A DNA stretch of 64,000 nucleotides from Squalus acanthias (Eukaryota), in the NCBI GenBank assembly GCA_030390025.1, contig JASTWF010000760.1:1-64000 (forward strand), given 5' to 3'. The notes under the pieces were generated by a model. It had not been told where the DNA came from. It ran no database searches and saw only the letters and a program-made list of their open reading frames with translations. A program made the position numbers and the translations under genes. Each line of letters opens with the position of its first letter. Within the stretch, counting starts at the first letter, position 1. Below, in pieces: positions 40,570 through 51,300 of this stretch.

Positions 40570-41023
40570 GTTAATTAGCAAAGGGCGATGTCCCGGAGAT
40601 CATTGATGGGCCGCACGGTTCCCGGATCTCTGGCTGTATGTTGTGTGAATAAGCGATAGGTTTAAATAAGGACCTGCAGTTTTCTGGCGTTCATTGGTCT
40701 CTGAGCCCGATGTGAAAGCCCCTCAAACATTAGTCTGAGGTTCAGGGGGGAGTTGATCTGTCAGCAGAAGTTGACACCCGCCTTTGTCCCACTTTAATGA
40801 GCTGGGAGGTCGGTTCATGTGTTTTTATTGGGTGGTGTTTATTGAGGGTGGAATGTTGTCCCAGGACACCGGGAGAATCTACCGCTCTTATTCCAATAGT
40901 GCCGGTGATTCCTTAACATCTTCCTGAACGGGCTGGGGACCTCGGTTAAACCTCTGATCGAAGGACGGCGCCTGAGACCCTGCAGCAGCCCCTCAGTCCA
41001 GCAACTGAGTGTCAGGGTATCAT

Positions 41024-41765
41024 GGCCCAAAAATTCGTGAGGGAGCCTTCGTGCGAGGGTAAGGCTTCCCCGCGATCTCTCACTGCGCGCTGGCTTTTTC
41101 AGTCCCAGCTCGCACGAACTTGATGTTCTGGACAGCAGCTGTGCAGGGCTTCCGTATCCCACAGGCGCAGTTAATTCGTGCGAGCTGTGGGATCACGTGA
41201 CTCAGTTAGAGCCAATGGCAGCACACCATCTTTCATTCATAGCTTTTACAAAAGTGCTGTGAAAGCTATGAATCTATACCCCCCCAAAAGAACAGCTAAA
41301 CCTCAATTAAATTTTTTTTAAAAACCATCACATTAATAAAATAAGTATAGTTAAATAAATTAACCATTTTAAACAAAAAATTACATTTTGAAAAAATTTA
41401 AAATCTTTTAAAAAGTTATAAAAATAAACTTACCTGTCTTTAAAGTCTCTAAAAAAGATATACCTGTTAAGAAAAATTCAAAATAATACTTAATTAACTA
41501 CTTACCTTGTTAAAAGAGGGTCTTACGCCTCCTTTCTTTGTGTCCAAAATGTTCCATGCTTACCTGCGCGTTCAAAGCACTAAGTGCACTGCGTGCGCGC
41601 AGCCTGTAGCGCGCACGCGGTTCACCTAGGAACCGCCCCCTTTTGAATTCACCAAGTGCCGGTTTTCAGCGCATGCGCAGTGCATGCAGAAAACCGGCAA
41701 TTGGAGACAGAATACGCGAGAGTACACAGTGCGTACTCTCGCGTAGCGGCACTAATTTTTGGGCC
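41024..41765. mobile_element. Non-autonomous DNA transposon (MITE, possibly PIF/Harbinger-like)
   Basis: Terminal inverted repeats GGCCCAAAAATTCGTG ... CACTAATTTTTGGGCC; flanks CAT/AAT; AT-rich non-coding centre; absent from the paralogous site near 45932. Confidence 0.8.
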
Positions 41766-42844
41766 AATATGAGAAGTCCAGGGCCATTTTCAATATACAG
41801 GCAGATACACACAATATACACAAAGAATAAACTCTCCATGTAATTTAAACAAATGCTTCCTGCACCGTCCCCTTCTTTGGCTTGCTTGTAAAATTATGTT
41901 GCAATTAAGTAATGATTGATTTCAAGGTCACTAATATTTAGAGTTTCCAGGTGCAGTGACAGAGAATGAAGCGACACTCGGAAGGCGAATCGACATTTGG
42001 AGAACTCTGTGCCTGGGTCTTGTTTTAAAGAACACAATCACTACCTTGTGAAATCTGTTCATTGTGTATAAACTGTCTCTGACCCAGCAACATACTCTGA
42101 TCAAATAAACCCTGTGTACAGGCCGCGATCAAAGGGTCAGGGAAAGTGACAGGGGAGATGTGCAAAGGGCTGCACAATGTTTCAGGCAGGGAAACGGCAT
42201 AAAGGACAAAAGGCGAGTTAAAGGCCACAGGCGGACTGTACGTTACCCAATCATAGCCAACAATGCGTAACAGAAACATGGCCGACTGTACGTCACACAA
42301 AGATGGCCGTGTTGGACAGAGCCTGCAACCGTGACCTCAGCACTGCCGGATGGGCTGCCGCAAGGTCCGAATATCCACCTGGTTCAAAAATTGGCTTTTG
42401 TTTCAGCTCTGCGTAATACATCAGCCCATCTCACATTTCAAATACCTTTTGCCGGCCCACCGATTCACAGTTCAGCATGGAACTGACCCGAAAAATTAAC
42501 ACCTTTCAGCCACCTTTTGCTCAGAACACTGAACTGTGTCATGGGACTTGCAATAATGTATGGGGCGCTGAAGATGGCCCACGCAGAGCAATGATTACTT
42601 TGAGAACTGGATTTGTTGCTAATACTGAAGTTATTGATCTTTGCGTTTAGTCTCACAGTATATTCCATTAACACCTTGTAGAGAACCATAATTAACATCA
42701 AAATCATGATATTGTGGGAGTTATGATGAAACACTACAATGCTGCAGTTACGCTGTAAGGATCAGTTGATGTAAATATCAATTGCAAAAAATCTTACTTT
42801 TAAAATGGTGATTAGTGTGAAAAATGTCTTATCTTGTTATCTGG

Positions 42845-43010
42845 TGTCTTGTGTCGCTCAGTGCTGGCACTTGCGCCAGTGAGTCAGAAGGTTGTGGGAT
42901 CAAGTCTAGGCTGACACTCCAGTGCAGTGCTGAGGGAGTGCTGCACTGTCGGAGTTGCTGGCTTTTGGATGAGACATTAAACCGAGGCTCAGTCTGCTCT
43001 CTCAAGTGGA
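42845..43010 (+). mobile_element. Truncated tRNA/Deu-type SINE
   Basis: Matches the 5' part of the full copy at 46910-47345 and breaks at CTCAAGTGGAC. Confidence 0.75.
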
Positions 43011-43490
43011 CATAAGAACATAAGAACATAACAAATAAGAGCAGGAGTAGGCCATACGGCCCCTCGAGCCTGCTCCACCATTCAATAAGATCATTGCTGA
43101 TCATTGACCTCAACTCCACTTTCCCGCCCGATCTCCATATCCCTTGATTCCCCGAGAGTCCTAAAAATATATCTATCTCAGCCTTCAATATACTCAAAGA
43201 CTCACCATCCACAGCCCTCTGGGGCCGAGATTTCCAAAGATTCACAACCCTCCGAGTGATAAATTCCTCCTCATCTCAGACTTAAATGGCCGACCCCTTA
43301 TCCTGAGACTATGCCCCCTAGTTCTAGACACTCCAGCCAGGGGAAACAACCTCTCAGCATTTACCCTGTCAATCCCCTTCAGAATCTTGTATGTTTCAAT
43401 GAGATCACCTCTCATTCTTCTAAACTCCAGAGAGTGTAGGCCCATTCTCCATAATCTCTCATCATAGGACAGCCCTCTCATCCCACCTTT
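43011..43490 (-). mobile_element. CR1 LINE 3' fragment (cassette copy B)
   Basis: Minus ORF LHSLEFRRMRGDLIETYKILKGIDRV...; CATAAGAA-repeat tail at 43011-43030. Confidence 0.88.
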
Positions 43491-43802
43491 GCTTGAAATC
43501 ACCTTTTCTTGCCAGAGATTATAAAGATAGTGTTCATACTTGTCCAAAAACAATATTAATATACAAACATGATTCATATGATATGAACTATGCAGCGAAG
43601 GAGTTCTCACACTAAATAATCTGTTGTGGGAAAATGGCACCGATAAATATCAAGAATTATCCGCCTTGATATGTTTGGTCAGTATTACAGAATTAGCCAC
43701 TTCACTGCTAAACATGATGCTATAGAACGTTTTGCTCCTTATTTTCTTTACTCTTCTCGGAAGTACATTCCCACAGCCGGCATTAACTGTTCCGGCAATA
43801 AC

Positions 43803-43925
43803 GTATCGGACGGGCCGCTGCAGGTATCGGACGGGCTGCTGAAGGTATCGGACAGGCCGCTGCAGGTATTGGACGGGCCGCTGCGGTTATCGGACGGGCC
43901 GCTGCGGGTATCGGACCGGCCGCTG
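43803..43925. repeat. 21-bp GC-rich tandem repeat (~6 copies)
   Basis: Unit GTATCGGACGGGCCGCTGCAG/G; paralog of 37990-38111. Confidence 0.85.
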
Positions 43926-44443
43926 TATTGGGTTCACTCTCCGGGTACCTCATTCACACTGCCTGGCTCGGACTGCAATCTCCTGCCCAGGACGGAGCTC
44001 TGTGACCCCCTGCCCATCTCACAGGGATAAGCAGAGCTCCCTCAGTCACAGTTAACACCGAGAGCGGAGGCCGCAGCCTCGGCAATCTGCGCTCATTTAA
44101 ACGAACTGGGAATCAGAGTGATAGTCCTGTATATTCATGGGACCCCCGAGGTCCCCGTTAAACCAATGATGGTCCATATGGGGTCAAACCGCCCCAGACT
44201 GCCTGCTCCGTGGAGGTCTCACACCTCCTCTCTCCGGACTCACACCCGGACGCGGACGCGATCCCGGTTCATATTCTGCTCCCCAATCTAAAACTGCAAT
44301 GAACCCTCCCCCGCCGCCCCCCCATTAGAAAACCGCTCTGTTTGATTTTGAAGGGGATTGAGGTGATACTGATCACAATAATAAACTGACGGTGAACATT
44401 AACCGGGACAGTCTGTAACACGGCGGGGTTTGGAGTCACTTAC

Positions 44444-44501
44444 CGGCTGTGACAGTCACCACCGTCCCGGATCCATCCACATATTCAGTCTGTACATCCA
44501 C
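44444..44501 (-). CDS. NAR-TCR J segment (unrearranged)
   Basis: Encodes VDVQTEYVDGSGTVVTVTA with phase-1 donor G|GTAAGT; preceded by a 23-RSS. Confidence 0.92.
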
Positions 44502-44540
44502 CACAGTGACACCGCTCTCAGTCACCCCGGTACAAGAACC
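44502..44540 (+). promoter_or_regulatory. 23-RSS of NAR-TCR J
   Basis: CACAGTG (44502-44508), 23 nt, ACAAGAACC (44532-44540). Confidence 0.93.
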
Positions 44541-44856
44541 ACCGACACCTCAATCTGCCGGCCACACATCACCAGACAGTCGGCGCTGCCCAATTATTCC
44601 AGGGATCAATAAACAATATTCCGTGTTCCACAGTCCCCGTCGGTTCAAACTGTTGTTTGTGAGACTCTGAGCTCTCAGTAAAATGGCTCAGGAACACGGG
44701 CCGGAGATGGACGCTTCATATAAACGGAGAAAATATCAAAGAAAGATAACTGAAAGCAGGAAATGACAATTAAATTAAACCACAGTACAGCGATAATAAG
44801 ATCAAACCTACAATTCAGGTTCCGGGCCCGGGGAATTTATATTTTAATTGTACACA

Positions 44857-44884
44857 GGAATTTGCTCAGGTCTCATCCACTGTG
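44857..44884 (-). promoter_or_regulatory. 12-RSS at the 3' end of NAR-TCR V(D)
   Basis: Minus CACAGTG (44878-44884), 12 nt, GCAAATTCC (44857-44865). No plausible nonamer at 23 nt. It is 12/23-compatible with the J RSS facing it. Confidence 0.8.
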
Positions 44885-45166
44885 AGGTTCCAATTAACTG
44901 GTACCCGGCTTTACAGTAATAGGTGGCGCTGTCTTCAACTCGCACATCCCGAATTTCCAGGAAAAACGCTTTTTCTGCTTCATTCGTCCTCACAACAAAT
45001 CGCTCTCCGCTCAAGATCCTCTCCCACTCTGTCCCGGTCTGGGTTTGTCTGAAGAAATATCCATTTGAGAAATGAGAACCATAGAAAAAGCAGGTGATGG
45101 TGAGAGACTGACACTCCTCCCTGTTCACCGCTGGCGGGGTCTGTGTCACTGACTGACTGAAAGAGC
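44885..45166 (-). CDS. NAR-TCR (IgNAR-like) V exon, probably V-D pre-joined
   Basis: Acceptor TTTCCAG|GC; SVTQTPPAVNREECQSLTITC...EDSATYYCKAGYQLIGT; unusually long 3' end followed by a 12-RSS. Confidence 0.88.
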
Positions 45167-45312
45167 CTGGAAATTAAACAGAGAGAGTTTAATGGGCCAT
45201 CAGAGCCGAACCACACAACGGGGCTAAAACCCAGACAGTGTCCGCAATTCGATGGACCCGGGCAGCTTTATATTAAATCCACACAATGTCGGTTTGTTTG
45301 ATCGGTACTCAC

Positions 45313-45355
45313 AGGGTAAACAGACACACAGTGTGAAAACAAGGAGGATTCCCAT
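45313..45355 (-). CDS. Leader exon of NAR-TCR V copy B (intact)
   Basis: ATG at 45355, MGILLVFTLCVCLP, phase-1 donor T|GTGAGT in frame with the V exon. Confidence 0.9.
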
Positions 45356-46909
45356 CGTTCTGCTGGCTGAAGCGGATGATTTCTATGACGGGGAGCTGGA
45401 GACTGCAGCCCGGGACTGTTCTGGGAGACTGTACCTGAGAGCTGGAAGAAATACTTTAGGGGTCGAGTTAATCAGCACAGGGCGGTGTCCCGGAGATCAC
45501 TGATGGGCCGCACGGATCCCGGATCTCTGGCTGTGTGTTGTGTGAATAAGCGACAGGTTTAAATAAGGAACCTGCAGTTTCCTGGCGCTTCATTGGGTCT
45601 CTGAGCCCGGTGTGAAAGCCCCTCCCACATTATTCTGATGTACGGGGAGGGGGGCGGGCGGAGTTGTTCTGACGGCAGAGGATGCCGCTGTCCTTTGCCC
45701 CACAGTAATGAGCTGGGAGGTCGGTTCCTATGTTTTTATTGGATGGTGTTTGTTGAGGGTGGAATGTGGGCCCAGGACACCGGGAGAATCCCCGCTCTTA
45801 TTCCAATAGTGCCGGGGATTCTTTAACATCTCCCTGAACGGGCTGGCGGGACCTCGGTTAAACCTCTGATTGAAGGACGGCGCCTCAGACCCTGCAGCAC
45901 TCCCTCAGTCCAGCAACTGAGTGTCAGGTTACAATATGAGACAGTCCAGGGCCATTTTCAATATACAGGCAGATACACACAATATACACAAAGAATAAAC
46001 TCTCTCTGTAATTTAAACAAATACTTTGTACACCGTTCCCTTCTGTGGTTTGCATTTTAAGTTATGTTTCAATTAACTAATGATTGATTTCAAAATCTCT
46101 AATATTTAGAGTTTCCAGGTGCAGTGACAGAGAATGAAGCGACACTCGGAAGGGCAATGGACATTGGGGGAACTCTGTGCTTGGGGCTTGTTTTAAAGAG
46201 CACAATCGCTACCTTGTGAAATCTGTTCATTGTGTACAAACTCTCTCTGACTCAGTAACATATTCTGATCAAATAAACCCTGTGTACAGGCCGCGATCAA
46301 AGGGTCCGGGAAACTGACAGGGGAGATGTGTAACATGGGCAAATGTCCGTCACACAAAGATGGCCGTGTTGGGCAGAGCCTTGAACCGTGACCGCAGAAC
46401 GGCCGGATGGGCTGCCGCAGGGTTCTAATTTTCACAGAGTTTCAAAAAATAGCCATTGTTTCAGCTCTGCGCAAAACAACTGCCCATCTCACATTTTAAA
46501 TACCTTTTGCCTGCCCACCGATTCACAGTTCAGCATGGAACTGAACCGAAAAGTTAACACCTTTTAGCCACCTTTTGCTCAGAGCACTGAACTGTGTCAT
46601 GGGCCTTTCAATAATTTATGGGGCGCCGAAGATGGCACATGCAGAGCAATGATTACTTTGAGAACTGGATTTGCTGCTAATATTGAAGTTATTGATCTTT
46701 GTGTTTGGTCTCACAGTACATTCCATTAACTCCTTGTAGAGAACCATAATTAACATCAAAACGATGGTATTGTGGGAGCTGTGCTGAAACACTACAATGC
46801 CGCAGTTACGCTGTAAGCATCAGTTGATGCAAATATCAATTGATATAAAATCCTGCTTTTAGAATAGTAATGAGTGTGAAAAATGTCTTATCTTGTTATC
46901 TTGTGTCTT

Positions 46910-47345
46910 GTGTGACTCAGTGCTGGCACTCGCGCCCGTGAGTCAGAAAGTTGTGGGATCAAGTCTCGGCTGACACTCCAGTGTAGTACTGAGGGAGTGC
47001 TGCACTGTCGGAGGTGCCGGCTGTTGGATGAGACGTTAAACCGAGGCCCTGTCTGCTCTCTCAAGTGGACGGCAAAGATTCCATGGCACTATTTCGAAGC
47101 AGAGCAGGGGAATTATCCCCTGTGTCTTGGCCAATATTTATCCAGCAATCAACATAACAAAAACAACTCATCTGGTCATTAGCACATTGTTGTTTGTGGG
47201 AGCTTGCTGTGTGCAATTGGTTGCCGTGTATCCGACATTCCAAAAGTGACAACACGTCAAAAGTACTTCATTGGCTGTAAAGTGCTTTGGGACGTCCTGA
47301 GGTCGTGAAAGGCGCTACATAAATGCAAGGCTTTCTTTTCTTTAT
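46910..47345 (+). mobile_element. tRNA-derived Deu-domain SINE (shark SacSINE1-like)
   Basis: tRNA-like head, core TACTGAGGGAGTGCTGCACTGTCGGAGG...GATGAGACGTTAAACCGAGG, and 3' end GAAAGGCGCTACATAAATGCAAG; recognised by resemblance, not by search. Confidence 0.75.
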
Positions 47346-47982
47346 CTGGTGATTTGTGACCTACTTAGGGCCTGGAATAATTAATTTAATCTTCAGTTTT
47401 GGATTTGCGATGAGAGAGAATGGAGGCAGCGGCGCATCGGCGCTTTTCAGGTAATTATCGCTCATCTGCTTAAAGTGGCCGGGAGCAGAGCGCGGGAGCG
47501 GGTTCAAAGCCCCCAGGGTGAGGTGTCGGGCGGGTTCTCGATAACAAGAGCTCAACGCCAGCAGGGCGTGATAAACTCCTTACAACTTTCACTCATATTA
47601 GAAAAGGACGTGGCGCAGAAAAAACCCCAAAATACAGGCGACTTCGGTTTGTCTTTCGCCACTTTAACATCGATCTTCACCATCGGTACAGTTAATGGCT
47701 TCAGAAATCAAATCTCAGGGTGTGTCTTTCATTCACATTTTAATATTCCTTTCCCCATCTTCCACACCCTTCCACTCACTGGTTAGTATCGGAATTCAAT
47801 TCTGCAATATGATGGATGTATTTTTTTAATGATTATTGCCCAGACGTACCGACTCAGCCCATTGTGGCAAGTGGATTTCAAATATTAATTTTCAATTCAT
47901 TCCAACATTTGCACAACTATGAGAGAAACAGCATTTAACTCACTGCCCGGTGTCTGAGCCAAAAAGTAAATATTGTGAGCTG

Positions 47983-47996
47983 ACGCCCTCTGGTGG
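47983..47996 (-). promoter_or_regulatory. CTCF-binding-like motif
   Basis: Minus strand CCACCAGAGGGCGT, close to the CTCF core consensus CCASYAGRKGGCRS. Confidence 0.6.
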
Positions 47997-48394
47997 CTAA
48001 TCTGAGAACTGTTCAGATGTCGGTGCACAGGTTGATAAATCCTGTGTTTATTCACTGACATGTCTGCAGTTCCTGCTTATGGGAAGCTGGGTTGGAGCGG
48101 TTCTGAATAAATGTACAGAGAAGCAGCAAAGGTTTTACATCGTTAAACTAAAGACTGGAAGAAGGAAGTTCGCAGGATTATGGGTGAAGAGTAGAGACAG
48201 GATATGAGAAGGGACAGGCAGACACGGAAAGGGCATCAAAAGACAAAAGGGGAGGTAAGGCACCAAAGATGGATTTGTGAAGTAATTTTTTATTGTATAT
48301 GGGAGTAGAAATCACAAACTAACATAATTCCGCAAGTGGGCCTCACCTTTTCTTGTTAAGTGTTGTGTTCTGATGCCCTTTCAAGAATCTTTAA

Positions 48395-51300
48395 AGAGTG
48401 CAGTTTGTCACGGAGTGCAGATCGGAACAGAGTGTTAAGCTGCGAGTTTGGTGAGTGAGGGAGTAAATCTTAAAGGTTAATCTCTTATTTTTATAAATTC
48501 TAGTCTTGTGTGCTTACAATTAGCATTTAAATTTACTGTTTCAAGTTTTAAGTTTCTTCCAGGCTTGGGCAGGGCTAAGCAACCTCTGTGCTGGAGAGCA
48601 GGTGAGTGTAATTAATTAATTAAGTGGTCTAATCTGGTTCTGTAACTGCCAGAGAGCTCACTTATTTAAATCTCAGCAGTATAAATAAGGGAGGCTAGAG
48701 TGCAGTTTGTCGCAGAGTGCAGATCGGAACAGAGTGTTAAGCTGCGAGTTTGGTGAGTGAGGGAGTGCGGGGAGGGAGGTGTCCCTTTCTTTTTCCATCT
48801 TTGTCAGCTTCCAGGAGAGCAGGAGCTAAAAAGTTGCACAAGAGGGGACAGAGAACCAGCTGTGAGTATTTCTACAGTATTTCTACATTCCAGTCATTAA
48901 AGTAAAAGTAAGGTCTCTAGTTTAGAGTAAGTAGTGTTTAAAGGGAAGTAAGGTCCCTAGTGTATTTAATATTGTTTAATTTAAAGGGTGTAAATTAAGG
49001 GTAGGACATGGCAGGGCAGCTCGGCAGCGGGGAGTGCTCCTCCTGTGCTATGTTGGAAGTCAGGGACACTTTAGGTGTCCAGGGCGAACACATGTGCAGG
49101 AAGTGTCTCCAGCTGCAGTTACTCGAAATCCGAGTTTCGGAGCTGGAGCTGCGACTGGAGTCACTGTGGAGCATCCGCGAAGCTGAGATCTTCGTGGATA
49201 GCACGTTTAACAAGGTGGTCACACCGCAGGTAAAGAGTGCACAGGCAGACAGGGAATGGGTGACCACCAGACAGAGTAAAAGAACTAGGAAGGTAGTGCA
49301 GAAGTCCCCTGGGTCAATCTACCTCTCCGACAGATTTTCCGTTTTGGATACTGATGGGGGAGATGGTTTCTCAGGGGAATGCAGCAAGAGCCAAGTCCGT
49401 GGCACTACGAGTGGCTCAGCTGCACAGGAGGGGAGGAAAAAGAGTGGGAGAGCAATAGTGATACGGGGATTCTATCGTAAGGGGAACAGATAGACGTTTC
49501 TGTGGCCGCAGACTTGACTCCAGGATGGTATGTTGCCTCCCTGGTGCCAGGGTCAAGGATGTCACTGAACGGCTGCAGGGCATTCTGAAGGGGGAGGGCG
49601 AACAATCAGAGGTCGTGGTTCACATTGGTACCAACGACATGAGTAGAAAGAGGGATGAGGTCCTGCAACAAGAATTTAGGGAGATAGGTAGCACATTAAA
49701 AAGCAGGACCTCAAAGTTTGTAATCTCTGGATTACTCCCAGTGCCACGTGCTAGTGAGTATAGGAATAGGAGGATAGCGCAGATGAATGCGTGGCTAAAG
49801 AGTTGGTGCTGGAGGGAGGGCTTTAGTTTCTTGGATCACTGGGTCTGCTTCTGGGGAAGGTGGGACCTGTACAAGTCGAACGGGTTGCACCTGAACCGGA
49901 ACGGGTCCAACATCCTTGCGGGGAGGTTTGCTAGTACTGTGGGCGGGGTGGGGGGAGGGATTTAAACGAACTTGGCAGGGGGATGGGATACGGAGTGGAG
50001 CTATAGTAGGGGGTGATGCACAGCCAAATATAGAGGAAAAAACAAGTCAGCCTGGAAGGCAGAGCAAATATGTAACGGCTCAAGGGAGTATGGCAAGGCT
50101 GGATGGCATTTATTTTAATGCAAGGAGTCTTGCGAGTAAGGCAGATGAATTGAAGGTGTTGATGAACACATGGGAGTATGATATTGTTGCTATCACAGGG
50201 ACATGGTTGAGGGAGGGGCAGGACTGGCAGCTCAATATTCCGGGGTATAGAATCTTCAGGCGAGAGAGAAGTGGGTGTAAAAGAGGAGGGGGTGTCGCAA
50301 TATTAATCAAGGAGTCAATTACTGCTGTAAGGAGGGATGATATCTTAGCAGGTTCTCTAATGAGGCCATATGGGTAGAACTTAAAAACAAAAAGGGGCAA
50401 GCACTTTGCTGGGAGTGTACTATAGGCACCCAAACAGTCAGGGGGAGATAGAGGAACAGATATGTAGGCAAATCTCAGAGAAGTGTAGAAATAATAGGGT
50501 AATAATAGTAGGGGATTTCAACTTCCCCAATATTAACTGGGATAGTCAGAGTGTGAAAGGCTTAGAGGGTGCGGAATTCTTAAAGTGCATCCAGGAGAGC
50601 TTTTTGAGCCAGCATGTAGAAAGTCCTACAAGAGAGGGGCGGTACTGGACCCAATTCTAGGGAATGTAGCCGGGCAAGTGGTAGCAGTGTTAGTAGGAGA
50701 GCATTTTGGTGACAGTGACCATAATTCGGTGAGATTTACGGTAGTCATGGAAAAGGACAAAGATGACCCGGAAATAAAGGTTCTAAATTGGGGGAAGGCC
50801 GATTTTAATATGATAAGGCAGGATCTGGCCAAAGTGGACTGGGATCAGCTACTTGTAGGAAAATCTACATCAGAGCAGTGGGAGTCTTTCAGAAAGGAAA
50901 TAGAGAGAGTACAACAGCAACATGTTCCCGTAAAGGTCAAGGGTGGGACCAACAAGTCCAGGGAACCCTGGATGTCAAGGGATATACGAGAATGGATTCG
51001 GAAAAAAGGGAGGCTTTTGGCAGATAAAAAGGACTAAAAACAGTGGAAGCCCTAGAGGAGTATAGAAAGTGCAGGGGGGTACTTAAAAAAGAAATTAGGA
51101 GAGCGAAGAGGGGGCATGAAATAACACTGGCGGGCAAAATAAAGGAAAATCCCAAGGTGTTTTATAAGTATATTAAGGGCAATAGGATAACCAGGGAAAG
51201 AGTAGGGCACATTAGGGACCAAAGTGGCAATCTGTGTGTAGAGCCAGAAGATGCAGATGGGGTTTTAAATGAATATTTTGCATCTGTGTTCACTATGGAG

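Noticed and set aside
41713-41745. Hairpin with CACAGTG in its loop inside the MITE (possible RAG-transposon-like end)
   Set aside because: No nonamer at 12 or 23 nt, and the motif is internal, not terminal.
44781-44818. CACAGTA plus 22 nt plus ACAATTCAG as the RSS of a D segment between NAR V and J
   Set aside because: Weak nonamer and no partner heptamer on the other side of a candidate D.
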